50,032 bases of DNA from Cyanophora paradoxa CCMP329. Its lineage: Eukaryota; Plantae; Glaucophyta. The translations under genes and the position numbers were made by a program. The notes below the pieces were generated by a model. The model searched no databases. It had not been told where the DNA came from and saw only the letters and a program-made list of their open reading frames with translations. Positions 34,230 through 44,453 of this stretch are shown piece after piece (the first letter of the stretch is position 1; each line of letters begins with the position of its first letter). The stretch lies in contig QPMI01000001.1 in assembly GCA_004431415.1 (NCBI GenBank), positions 1 to 50,032 of the forward strand, written 5' to 3'.

Positions 34230-37200
34230 TCACTCCTCGCGCTCCCCAATTGAATCCGGCGGAGGGCGGGCGGGGCTCGCGATCGCGGCCCGCTCGAGGC
34301 CGCGGCCGGCGCTCCGGCACCCCACCGGCGGGGGCGCCCGGCGCCCCACCGCCGCGGCGGCCTGGGCGAGGGCGCGGGCGAGGTCGTCCACCCGCACGGG
34401 CTTCTGCGCAGGGGCCCCGGCGCCGGCGTCGGGGCGGCCCGCGGCGGAGGCGCGTCAAGGGCGGGTGCACGGGGCGGACCGCGAGGAAGGCGTCGTAGCC
34501 GGCCTCGGCGCACTGGCGCCGGTCGCGGGCGCCCACGTTGGCGGAGAGGGCGATGGCGTAGGGGACGCGCCCCGGGGCAGCTCGGCCCGCATCCGCTGCA
34601 GGCTCTCCAGCCCGTCCATCTCCGGCACTGTCCGCGGCGCTCACTCAGACTTGGCCGACCGGGCGGGGCGGGGTGGGGCGCGCTCATGATGTCGGAGAGG
34701 AGGACGTCGAAGGGGGCGGGGCCGGCCGCCGCCTCCCGCGCCGCCCGCAGCGCCTCCAGCCCGTCCCCCGCGTGCACCACCCCCTTGTGGCCCTGCCCCG
34801 CGGCCGCCCTCGAAACCAGAAGGGCGGCGAGCGCGGCGAGGGGCGGGGCGGGGCGGACGAGCTTGGCGAGCTGCATGAGGAGGATCCTCGCGTTCGTCGG
34901 CGTGTCCTCTGCGCCGGGCACGCGAGGCGGGGCCGGGCGGATCGGCCCCGTGAGCCACAGGGCCATACGACGCCTGGACAGCGCGCTCGAGCCGCTCACC
35001 GACGAGGAGGATACGGGGCTGCCTCTGCGCTGGCGCCTTGGGCTCGGCGGGGGCGGGGGAGGCCTCCGGGGCGGCCGCCGGGGAGCCTGCAGCTGGGGGC
35101 GCCGGCTCGACCCGCTCCGCCTCCGCCATCGCCGCCTCCGCCGCGCTGGCGATCCCGATTCAAGCTCCGTGCGAATGTTTGGGCCGCAAAGGGGCTCGTT
35201 TACCGCGTTGAGGGTGTCTCCGACTCCGTTTCCGCTCTAGACCTGGTGTCGTGCGAGGATCCAGACCACGGAGGGGGAGACAGGACCGCTCACCTTGTGG
35301 AGTAGTCGTCCGCGGGGCCCGAGGACGAGCCGAGGCAGGCGATGCCGGCGCCGGGCGCCCCGGGGCGTTCGCGGGTGTGCCGCGTGAGGGCGTCGTGCAG
35401 CGCCTGCTCCGAGAGGGGGATGCGCAGCGAGCAGACGTTCGGGCCCAGCAGCGCTGCGCGCATCGAAATCAGAGCGAGCTGTAATGGCGCGGCCCTGGTC
35501 CGCGACGGCACCTTTGTCGATGATGACTGTCGAGCGGAGCACAAGGAGGCGCGGGGGCGGCCGCCCGGCCTCCGGGGGGTGTGCCGCGTCGAGCGCCGCC
35601 CGCAGCCGCGCGACCTGCGGCGGCGCTCGGCCGGAGCCGCCGTCCGATGCCGCGCGGGCGCACGGCGGCGGGGGCCTCGGCGGGGGGGACGAGGGAGGGC
35701 ATGAAGAAGAGGACGGCGGCGATGTCCCCCGGCGGCCGCCTCCCGCCGGATGAGCTCCTCGGCCTCCGCCAGCGTCCTCGCGCGGGGCGCGCGCATGCCC
35801 CAGCGCCGGGCGTCGGCGGGGACGCCCCCCGCCCACAGCGCCTCGTCCACCGCCAGCACCACCGCCCGGCCCCGAAGCGCCGCGTAACCCTGGCCCCCAC
35901 CCCCCCCGCCCCGCCCCGCCTCAGCCCGGCCGCGGGGATCGCAGGGCGGGCGAGGAGGGCACGGGGAGGGGCCGCAGGTCGTCGGCCGGGGGCGCCGGCT
36001 CCGCGCGGAACGTGAAGGCGAACGTGGAGCCTGCCCCGCCCCGCGTCGCGCCGCGCCGGCTGGGGCGGAGAGGCGGGCGGGGGCGGGACCGGAGCCCGGG
36101 GTGGAGACGAGGGCGATGCCGCCCTCGAGGGCCCGCGCGATGTTCATCGAGATGAAGAGCCCCAGGCCCGTCCCTGCGCCCCCGCCCCGTCGCCCCAGCG
36201 CCGCGGTCCGCGAGCGGGGGCCGGCGGCACGGGCACCGTGGTAGCGGCGGGACTTGGAGGCGTCGAGCTGCGTGAAGAACGCGAAGAGCTTCTCTGCGCC
36301 CGCCCCGCCGCTCGGCCCTCGCGAATCCGAACAGGACACGGGGGACAGCGCACGCTGGTCCTCGTCGCTGATGCCGGCCCCGCGTCTGCGCGCGCGGCAC
36401 AGACGCTCGTCGCTCAAACGAAGGCCGAGGGCGGCGGCGGGCGGGCGGGGGGAGGGGCGGCGCGCCGGTGACGGCGATGCGGAAGAGGTGGCGGCCGTCA
36501 GGGCCCGGGCAGCCCTCGGCCTCCACCTGCTCCCCGGGCGCGCGCCCAGCTCGGGCCGGCGCTGCGGGAGGGCGGCCGGGGCCGGGACCGGGGCTCGGCG
36601 GGGGCGGAGCACCTCGACGACGACGCGGCCGCCCGCCTCGGAGACCTTCGCCGCGTCTGGCCAGTCCCGGGACACGTCAGCCGTGCGTCTCCGGGCGGCG
36701 GGCCGGCCGCGCGCACTCCCCACGAGGTTGATCATGACTGCACGGGGGCAGCGGTCAGAGGCGGTGCGATGGGCGAAGGTGCGCGAGGGCGGGGCGCGCC
36801 CTGCCGGATGCGGCCTTGTCGAGACGATGAAGCGGGGCGTCCCCTCGTGCATCTGCGCGGCACGCCGGTCAGCCGGCGGCGGCGCAGGAGGGCGGCCGGC
36901 GGGGTGAGACAGACGAGGAGCTGAAGCGAGAGTTCTTCGAGGCGGTGACGGGCCTGGTGCGGCGCGACTTGCCGCCGGGCACAAATGGATGGAACGCAAG
37001 GGTGAGGGAAGCTTAAGCACCACATGAGGTCCATGACATCTTGAGCACAGGCTCGGAGGTCGAACGGCCCCGTGGTGATCAGGAGCCGCCCGCCGCGCTC
37101 CAGCGCGCTCGCATCGAGCACCTGCGCGAACACTGTGAGGTCTGCCAAAGAGGCCGCTGCCGCGGGCGCCGCAGATGATCTCACCTCTCCGACCAGGTCG

Positions 37201-39160
37201 ACGAGCCTGCGAGGCATGACGAGTCGGGCGATCGCGAGCGCGGTTGGCGGCATGCGCGGCACGCACGCTTGGGCGGAGGAGCGGATGATCTGGAGTACTC
37301 GCGAAGGTCGAGCGGGGTTGCATCCCAGCATCAGGTCCGTCAGCCCGAGCACCTGCAAACGCTGGCTTAGATAGAGACGTGGGAGCGGGGCGAGACCTGC
37401 GGCGCGCGCGCGCACCGCCTGCATCGGCGTCCGCATCTCGTCTGGCCATGGCGCGACTACCGAGTCAAGAGCCGCACGCGCGGCGGGGCGGCGGGGGCGG
37501 GGCGGGGGGGCGGACGGGTGACGACGGAGAGGAAGTCGGCCTTGGCGCGGGCGGCGGCCTGCGCCGCCTTCACGAGGTCCGCCTGCGCCAGGGCGATCCC
37601 CACCGCCTCGCACACGTCCTCGAAGAGCGTCCTCTCCTCCCCGCTCACCGCCCGGTCCTCCCCCGCCCACTTCACCGCCACCACCCCGTTGACCTGCCCC
37701 CGCGCCCCGTCGTGCTGGTGGATACAAATGCATGGTTGATGAGATACGAGCGGGGCGCGCCCTGCCGCCGAAGGAGGTGGCGCGGAGGAGGCAGGAGCGG
37801 ACGCCGAGCTCGTCGCGGCGCGGGCGATCTCGTCGTTGGCGAAGCCCTCGGGCCCGCACGCCCGCTCCCCGGCCCACTCCTGCGCCTTCCGGATGTCGCC
37901 CAGCAACAGCGTCGCGCCGCCTTGTCGCGGACGAAGGCCTGCGAGGGGCCGCACGCGTCAGCTCACTAGATGCGCATGCGCGTGGCGAAGCGGTAGCGCG
38001 CCTGTATGCGGCGCTGGACGGTGGGCAGGGCGTGCGCCCCAAGGTCCAAACTTGAAGAGCTCGAGTTTGGCTCCGCGCGATTGCTCCGCTTGATTGCAAC
38101 CTCCTGAACCTGCGCGTGGCGATTGCATTGCAACCTCAGCAGCTGCGGCAAAAAGCGATGTCCCAGGCCTAGACCAATGATTTTCCCGAAGAGGCCGCAC
38201 CTCGACGCCATTCTTGCCTTCCGCATCGAGTGTCACAATCTGCTTTGTTTGATCATGATACCAGCACGCGGTCGATATCGATGTCTATAGTCTAGATCTA
38301 GTTCTAGAGCAGTGCCCGGGATCGCGACCGCACCTCGACGTGGTCGGCGTCGAAGACGTCGCGCAGCCGCTGCGCCGTCGCCTCGATAATCTGCGACGCC
38401 CCGTCAGCGAACTGCCGTAAATATCCAGTGCAGAAGATGCAGCGCAACTTGTGCGGCTCGAGCGTGGTCGCGGATCTCCGCGGTGATCGTTCGGAGGAGG
38501 GTCGCCCGCTCGAGCTGCGTCGCCCGGGGGCGCGCGCGTCACAGATCTAGACCGTCAAGATCCAGATGGCGTCGCTGAAACGGCGAAGGCGCCGGCGCGC
38601 GCGCCTCGGAGCGGAGGAGGCGGTTCTTGGCCTCGAGGTCCCGCAGGAGGTTGTCCTGCCCGATCGCGTGCCCTGCACCGCGGAAGAGGGGGCGATCTTA
38701 CGTTGCAAATGCATCTAAGCCGTCGGCTGCGAGCGCCGCGCACCGATCTGTCGCAGACGCTCTCGAAGATCGCTGCGGCGGCGCGCGCGCAGAAGTAGCC
38801 TCACGATCAACCGCCGAATTCGAAGCGGTGGCGGCGCAAAGATCCGAAATCGTCCCTACCAATCTCGTGAGGGGTGGGCTCCTTTGCACTCTCCCAGGAT
38901 ACCGAAACTAGACCCGTAACCTGCAGGGTATTCAGCTAAATGCAGGGAGGCGAAGTTCGGCGCGAGAGATCTAGAGGACCTGCCACCCCACTCAGTCGCT
39001 CGGACGAGGCTGGAGCGAATGCCGAGCTCCTTCAGGTCTCCTTCAATTTTTCGAACTCGTCCTGCGACGTCCGTGTACACATGTCATTCTTAATTCCGAA
39101 CGCAGCTCTAACGAGAATCGGAGCAGGCAGGATTCGCACATCAGACCGTCGGCGGGCCCC
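34230..39160 (-). CDS. Hybrid sensor histidine kinase: GAF, HisKA, HATPase, degenerate REC, REC; 5' end probably cut by the junction
   Basis: GAF-like ...LRDVFDAD...VNGVVAV...EERTLFEDVCEAVGIALAQA; H-box region AKADFLSVVT|.EMRTPM; MINLVG; GISDEDQ; LFAFFTQLD; GTGLGLFIS; GSTFAFT; REC ILLV|AEDTPTN...SDIM|MPEMDG...IALSANV...FLA|KP. Confidence 0.9.
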
Positions 39161-39168
39161 CGCTGTGT

Positions 39169-39273
39169 AGAGGATATATTAATTTGAACGAGTATGAAAG
39201 GTTCTATTTTCTTTCTGTTGAGGTTTATAAAATGATTTCTAGCTTCAAGAGAGCTGTTGCAGCAAGAAAATAA
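39169..39273 (+). CDS. 3' fragment of a four-helix-bundle (23S rRNA IVP/S23-like) protein, 5'-truncated at the junction
   Basis: RGYINLNEYERFYFLSVEVYKMISSFKRAVAARK* matches the family C-terminal pattern (gYi...y......e..km) and is followed by a heptamer tandem repeat. Confidence 0.6.
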   Translation, partial: RGYINLNEYERFYFLSVEVYKMISSFKRAVAARK

Positions 39274-39294
39274 TTTTGTAACTTTATCTATTGT

Positions 39295-39322
39295 CTATAA
39301 CCTATAACCTATAACCTAAATC
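39295..39322 (+). repeat. Heptamer tandem repeat (CTATAAC)x3 + CTAAATC
   Basis: Directly visible; it ends at the GTG start of amn. Confidence 0.85.
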
Positions 39323-40093
39323 GTGAAAACTAAAACAGAAATAGTAAACAATTGGTTGCCTCGCTATACCGGTGAGAAACTAGAGAATTTTGGTAAATTT
39401 ATCTTGTTAACCAACTTCGGTAACTATGTAACCATGTTTGCCAAATGGCATAAAGTTAAAGTTGTTGGTACGGATAGGCCAATGCAATGCGCTACTGCCA
39501 ACGGCATTACGATTATCAATTTTGGAATGGGTAGTCCGGGTGCCGCTACTATTATGGATTTATTAACTGCTATAGAACCCGAAGCTGTATTGTTTCTGGG
39601 TAAGTGTGGAGGGCTGAAGAGAAGAAATAAATTAGGTGATTTAATACTGCCGATCGCTGCCATACGAGGAGAAGGTACATCCAATGATTATTTCCCACCC
39701 GAAGTGCCTGCTATGCCAGCATTCGCACTTCAAAAAGCCATTTCAACTACAATCAGGGATTATAAAGTAGATTACTGGACAGGTACCGTATACACTACTA
39801 ACCGAAGGGTTTGGGAACACGATGATGCTTTTAAAGAGTATCTTACCAAAGTAAGGGCCTATGCCATTGATATGGAAACAGCAACTATTTTCACTGTTGG
39901 TTTCTATAATAAAATTCCAACCGGGGCTTTATTATTGGTTAGTGATCAACCCATGATTCCCGATGGGGTTAAAACTGAAGCCAGTGATAAGAAGATTACG
40001 GAACAATATGTTGAGAAGCACTTGAAAATTGGTATCGACTCTCTAAAACAATTGATAAATAAAGGACAAACCGTTCGCCACCTACGCTTCTAA
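39323..40093 (+). CDS. amn: AMP nucleosidase (Bacteroidota short type, PNP/UDP phosphorylase fold)
   Basis: NWLPRYTG, ILLTNF, NFGMGSPGAA, FLGKCGGL, AAIRGEGTSNDY, IDMETAT, LLVSDQP. Confidence 0.93.
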   Translation: MKTKTEIVNNWLPRYTGEKLENFGKFILLTNFGNYVTMFAKWHKVKVVGTDRPMQCATANGITIINFGMGSPGAATIMDLLTAIEPEAVLFLGKCGGLKRRNKLGDLILPIAAIRGEGTSNDYFPPEVPAMPAFALQKAISTTIRDYKVDYWTGTVYTTNRRVWEHDDAFKEYLTKVRAYAIDMETATIFTVGFYNKIPTGALLLVSDQPMIPDGVKTEASDKKITEQYVEKHLKIGIDSLKQLINKGQTVRHLRF

Positions 40094-40749
40094 TCTTTCC
40101 ATAAAAAGGGGAATAAGATATAGGCTAAAGCTATTACCAAGATATCGAGCCCGATAAGCATAGCTATCAAATCGGTCATGCCATTTTGCACCACCGAAGA
40201 AAAAGCCACAACGGCTATTTTCATTAATAATAATAATTGAGGAATAATTAATGGAAATCCCATAATTGCCATTAAAGCAGTTTGCTGCTGCGCTTTGGCT
40301 GCTATGGCCGCTAAAAAAGTAAATACCAGGCTTAAGCTGATTCCTCCTAATAAGCTGATACTGATAAATCTGGCAAAATAGGCAAGTGGGTTGCCCAATA
40401 AAAGTGTAAATATGCCTAAGCTTACCAGATTCATGAACAGCATTAGTACTGCATTGAATAAGAGTTTGGATATCACAAAGGCAGTTGGGGAGCTAATCGT
40501 GTAATAGTATAACATTCTACCCCTATGCTCTTGTAAAAAACTTTTGGCAACTGCATTAATGCAAATAAATAGTTGCAATATCCAAAACAGCGAGTTCCAA
40601 ATTCGATCTTCGGGTTGTCCGGCAGAAAGATAAACCACAAAACTGGTAGCACTGATATAAAGTAGAATGCCATAAAAAGTATACTGTTGCCTCATTTCAA
40701 GCAATATATCTTTCTTCAATAAGGCCCATATGTTTTTGCTAAGATTCAT
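40090..40749 (-). CDS. ccmB: Heme exporter protein CcmB (ABC permease)
   Basis: [10 protein letters not shown]-terminus, about six TM segments, [15 protein letters not shown] and FPFLWKD end. Confidence 0.85.
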   Translation of the reverse strand: MNLSKNIWALLKKDILLEMRQQYTFYGILLYISATSFVVYLSAGQPEDRIWNSLFWILQLFICINAVAKSFLQEHRGRMLYYYTISSPTAFVISKLLFNAVLMLFMNLVSLGIFTLLLGNPLAYFARFISISLLGGISLSLVFTFLAAIAAKAQQQTALMAIMGFPLIIPQLLLLMKIAVVAFSSVVQNGMTDLIAMLIGLDILVIALAYILFPFLWKD

Positions 40750-41305
40750 GAAAACAGGTTCTACAACGGGGTTCGTAAGTATCTTTTTCTCCTAATAAAA
40801 CCTGACCGGCATCGGCGGTTTTGCGATATGAAATATTGGCGATACTACCACATTTCATACAAATAGCATGTAACTTAGTGATATAATCGGCAATAGCCAG
40901 TAAGTTAGGCATAGGTCCAAAAGGTTTGCCCATATAATCCATATCCAAACCGGCCACTATCACACGCACGCCTCTAAGTGCGAGGGTCTCACAAACATGT
41001 ATAATTTCGGCATCAAAGAACTGGGCTTCATCAATACCTACCACATCTACATCCTGTGCCATTAATAAAATGGTTTGAGAATTATCGATCGGGGTAGAAG
41101 GAATACTGGAAGCGTCGTGACTCACCACTTTTGCTTGATCGTATCGCGTGTCGATAGCAGGCTTAAATATTTCCACTTTCAAATTGGCAATTCGCGCTCT
41201 TTTCAGTCTACGAATAAGTTCTTCTGTTTTTCCGCTGAACATACTTCCACATACAACTTCAATCCATCCTTTGCGTGCACCCGATAAATTTGGCTCTATA
41301 AACAT
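40739..41305 (-). CDS. tdk: Thymidine kinase
   Basis: [28 protein letters not shown], Zn-binding CMKC...CRTC; likely start MFIEP at 41305. Confidence 0.96.
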   Translation of the reverse strand: MFIEPNLSGARKGWIEVVCGSMFSGKTEELIRRLKRARIANLKVEIFKPAIDTRYDQAKVVSHDASSIPSTPIDNSQTILLMAQDVDVVGIDEAQFFDAEIIHVCETLALRGVRVIVAGLDMDYMGKPFGPMPNLLAIADYITKLHAICMKCGSIANISYRKTADAGQVLLGEKDTYEPRCRTCFHES

Positions 41306-41384
41306 GAAATAAAATAATATTAATAAAGAAAACGTTAGTAGCTTTATATCTGGCTCATTAACAACCCCAAAAGTATTGTTTCCC

Positions 41385-42023
41385 ATGGAAAGATTGGGCA
41401 CTTTAATTAATAAATTAAAAGAACAGTTCGATCAACAAGCTGAACCATCTCAAATGGCTATTACGGCACAGTTGGTATTGGCTGAATTACAGCCCAAAGC
41501 TATAGAGCCTATAAATAACGGTAAAGTAGCTGTAGTGATGCCCGCAATAGCACTACCGGCACAGCAAATGGAGAGCCCGGCTTTTCCGGTAGAACATAAG
41601 CCTGTAAAAAAAGAAGAACAATCAGGTTGGCTATTTGAAGAGCCTATGGCGATTCCTACTTTGATTCATCAAGATTATCATCAAGCTGCAACAGATATCA
41701 ATGCTTTTTTAGGAGGTACTACTAATAGTGTAAACGACAGGCTTAAACAAGAAGAAACGGAAGTTGCTACTATGTTGGAAGAAGCTCCTATCCGGGATCT
41801 CAAAAAAGCAATCAGCATCAATGATCGGTATTTGTTTATCAATAATTTATTTAGGGGAGATGAGAATATGTATGAAAGAAGTATTCGAACCATCAACGGA
41901 TTCAATATTTACCCCGAAGCGCAATACTGGATACAAAGAGAATTAAAAGTAAAATTGAGTTGGGAAGAGAATAGTGAGCCTGTAAAACTTTTCGATCAAT
42001 TAGTTAAGAGACGGTTTGCCTGA
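41385..42023 (+). CDS. Conserved Bacteroidota hypothetical protein
   Basis: Intact ORF with C-terminal [22 protein letters not shown]...LVKRRF domain; ATG at 41385. Confidence 0.8.
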   Translation: MERLGTLINKLKEQFDQQAEPSQMAITAQLVLAELQPKAIEPINNGKVAVVMPAIALPAQQMESPAFPVEHKPVKKEEQSGWLFEEPMAIPTLIHQDYHQAATDINAFLGGTTNSVNDRLKQEETEVATMLEEAPIRDLKKAISINDRYLFINNLFRGDENMYERSIRTINGFNIYPEAQYWIQRELKVKLSWEENSEPVKLFDQLVKRRFA

Positions 42024-43252
42024 ATATACGCAACTATTTTTTCTACCGACCCTGCGTTGCTTGCTACGTAATTTTTAGCAATAAAGCCAACTTCTTTGGC
42101 TCGGTCATTTTTAAATAAATCAATAAAACAATCATATAATTCCTCAGGGTTAGCTACTGCAATAGCGCCACCTTTTGCTACTAATTCTACAGCTTCTAAG
42201 TATTTATGATATACAGGCCCGAAAACTACAGGGACCCCGTAAACAGCCGCTTCCAGCGTATTATGAACACCGGTTGTATCGAAGCCTCCTCCTACGAATG
42301 CAACAGTTGCATATTGGTAAATACGGCTTAGCATACCCATATTATTGATAATAAGTGTTTGCGCTTTTTCTTTTTCTATTTTACCCGCAATTTGCCAATC
42401 GGTAAATAAAATAGGGTTAGGATATAGGGCTACACATTCTTTAATTCTTTGGGCACTAATATCATGTGGGGCAATGATATATTTATAACCCTGATGTTGA
42501 TGGGCGAATGTGGCTATGGCCTTATCATCTTTACTCCAGGTGCTACCACAAACAAGGGCAGGTGAGGAGTTTAAAAAATCACTAATTGCAGGTATTTCGG
42601 TCGATTGATCAGCAATGGAAATGACCCTATCAAAACGCGGATCTCCTGCAATAGCAGATTTATGTGCCAAACCAATAGACGATAAGAGATTCAAAGAATC
42701 TTGATCTTGCACCATCATGAAGCTAAAGCAATCCAAGATTTTTCTGTAAAAATGACCATACCATTGAAAGAAAACCTGCTCTTTTCTAAATATACCGGCT
42801 ACCAATAAGCAGGTAATTTTTTGTTTCAGCAAAGCTTCTAGATAATAAAACCAAAACTCATATTTCACAAAAAATACCAAAGTCGGCTTTAAAACTTTTA
42901 ACCATGCAGTAGCATTCGCTTTGCTATCCATCGGTAAATAGCAAACCAAATCGGCAATGGGATGTTTTTTTCGCACTTCGTATCCGGATGGAGAGAAAAA
43001 ACTTACAACAATAGCATAGTTCGGATAACTCAATTTAATTCGCTCCAATATCGGCAAACCTTGCTCGAATTCTCCTAATGAAGCCGTATGCATCCAAATA
43101 ACTGGCTTTGTGTTCTTAGCGGTAAAATCGGATAGTAAGGAGAAGCTTTCTTTTCTGCCTATAATCCATTTTTGGGCTTTCTTATTAAACGGCGAAATAA
43201 GCCGAATAATAAGCGGGTATACTTTGATGAAAAGTTGATAGAAAAGGCGCAT
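41996..43252 (-). CDS. waaA: 3-deoxy-D-manno-octulosonic acid (Kdo) transferase
   Basis: WMHTASLGEFEQG, SFFSPSGYE, YLPMD, GDPRFDRV, VGGGF...HNTLEAA. Confidence 0.95.
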   Translation of the reverse strand: MRLFYQLFIKVYPLIIRLISPFNKKAQKWIIGRKESFSLLSDFTAKNTKPVIWMHTASLGEFEQGLPILERIKLSYPNYAIVVSFFSPSGYEVRKKHPIADLVCYLPMDSKANATAWLKVLKPTLVFFVKYEFWFYYLEALLKQKITCLLVAGIFRKEQVFFQWYGHFYRKILDCFSFMMVQDQDSLNLLSSIGLAHKSAIAGDPRFDRVISIADQSTEIPAISDFLNSSPALVCGSTWSKDDKAIATFAHQHQGYKYIIAPHDISAQRIKECVALYPNPILFTDWQIAGKIEKEKAQTLIINNMGMLSRIYQYATVAFVGGGFDTTGVHNTLEAAVYGVPVVFGPVYHKYLEAVELVAKGGAIAVANPEELYDCFIDLFKNDRAKEVGFIAKNYVASNAGSVEKIVAYIQANRLLTN

Positions 43253-43258
43253 GTTTTG

Positions 43259-43266
43259 CAAATGTA
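43259..43266 (-). promoter_or_regulatory. Bacteroidota -7 promoter box for waaA
   Basis: TACATTTG on the minus strand matches TAnnTTTG, ending 7 nt before the ATG at 43252. Confidence 0.6.
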
Positions 43267-43293
43267 CAGTCTTCTTAATTCTTTATTTTACCC

Positions 43294-43301
43294 TAGCTTT
43301 G
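43294..43301 (+). promoter_or_regulatory. Bacteroidota -7 promoter box for the DegT-ugd-uxs-rfbD operon
   Basis: TAGCTTTG matches TAnnTTTG, upstream of the ATG at 43320. Confidence 0.65.
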
Positions 43302-43319
43302 TTGCCCTAAAGAAAGTAT

Positions 43320-44450
43320 ATGCGGCCGATACAGATGGTAGACACAAAAACTCAGTATTCAAAAATAAAGGAAGAGGTTGATAAAGCCATTCATGACGTG
43401 CTCGATTCCGCCGCCTATATCAATGGAAAGCCGGTTCAAGATTTTACAGCTGCATTAAGTGCTTATTTAGGGGTGAAGCACACCATTCCTTGTGCCAATG
43501 GCACCGATGCCTTACAAATAGCCATGATGGCGCTGAATTTACAACCAGGTGATGAAGTTATTACCCCTTCATTCACCTATATAGCTACCACAGAAGTAGT
43601 GGCATTATTGAGATTAACACCTGTTTTTGTGGAGGTTGATCCTAAAACATTTTGTATAGATCCTGTATCTGTTCGCAAAGCTATTACCCCCAAAACAAAA
43701 GCTATTGTTCCGGTTCATTTATACGGACAAGCAGCACCTATGGAGGAAATTTTAGCTATTGCTAAAGAGTATAACCTGTATGTAATAGAAGATAATGCAC
43801 AGGCAATAGGTTGCGATTATACATTTACAGATGGTTCTAAAAAGAAAACAGGTACTATGGGTACTATTGGGGCTACTTCTTTTTATCCTTCTAAAAATTT
43901 AGGGGCTTATGGCGATGGTGGTGCCCTTTTTACCAATGATGATGATTTAGCTCATCAAATGAAAATGATCGCCAACCATGGTCAGCAAAAAAGGTATTAT
44001 CACGAAGTGGTGGGTTGCAACTCTCGTTTGGATTCTATACAAGCGGCTGTTTTAAATATCAAACTAAAAAAACTTGATGAATATAACGCTGCAAGGGCTG
44101 CTGTAGCGGCTTTCTATAATAAAGCTTTTGCAGGAAATGCAAAAATTGTTACCCCTTATGTTGCAGATTATAGTACACATGTATATCACCAATATACCTT
44201 GCAATTGAAAGGTGTAGATAGAGATGCATTTGTTTCTTATTTAGCGGATCATAAAATCCCATCTATGATCTATTACCCGGTTCCGGGTCATAAACAAGAT
44301 ATGTTTGCCTCATTTGGGTTAAGTAAAAACAATATGCCTGTAACAGATAGTTTAACAGATGCCGTAATTTCTTTACCCATTCACACGGAAATGGATGAAG
44401 AACAATTATCTTATATTAGCACTCATGTTCTACAATTTATAAATCAATAA
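43320..44450 (+). CDS. DegT/DnrJ/EryC1/StrS family PLP-dependent sugar aminotransferase
   Basis: CANGTDAL, VPVHLYGQ, IEDNAQAIG, SFYPSKNLGAYGDGG, NSRLD. Confidence 0.95.
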   Translation: MRPIQMVDTKTQYSKIKEEVDKAIHDVLDSAAYINGKPVQDFTAALSAYLGVKHTIPCANGTDALQIAMMALNLQPGDEVITPSFTYIATTEVVALLRLTPVFVEVDPKTFCIDPVSVRKAITPKTKAIVPVHLYGQAAPMEEILAIAKEYNLYVIEDNAQAIGCDYTFTDGSKKKTGTMGTIGATSFYPSKNLGAYGDGGALFTNDDDLAHQMKMIANHGQQKRYYHEVVGCNSRLDSIQAAVLNIKLKKLDEYNAARAAVAAFYNKAFAGNAKIVTPYVADYSTHVYHQYTLQLKGVDRDAFVSYLADHKIPSMIYYPVPGHKQDMFASFGLSKNNMPVTDSLTDAVISLPIHTEMDEEQLSYISTHVLQFINQ

Positions 44451-44453
44451 AAT

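Larger units (their letters stand above)
1..39165. other. High-GC, intron-dense eukaryotic (protist/algal) nuclear DNA segment
   Basis: Coding blocks are interrupted every ~100-250 nt by 50-80 nt GT/GC...CTGAC/CTCAC/CTGAG...CAG introns. Removing them restores conserved protein motifs (e.g. LFLD|VKGYS, VIVEDVH|WLDSAS, FLA|KP). The tRNA-Gly has an A discriminator and no encoded CCA. Confidence 0.95.

Noticed and set aside
1-39165. High-GC bacterium (Actinomycetota/Myxococcota) as the source of the left half
   Set aside because: Conserved motifs are split by spliceosomal introns, and the tRNA-Gly has eukaryote-type features.
41376-41401. Overlapping extended starts of tdk and the divergent hypothetical gene in the ORF track
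   Set aside because: More plausible ATG starts at 41305 (minus) and 41385 (plus) leave a normal divergent intergenic region.
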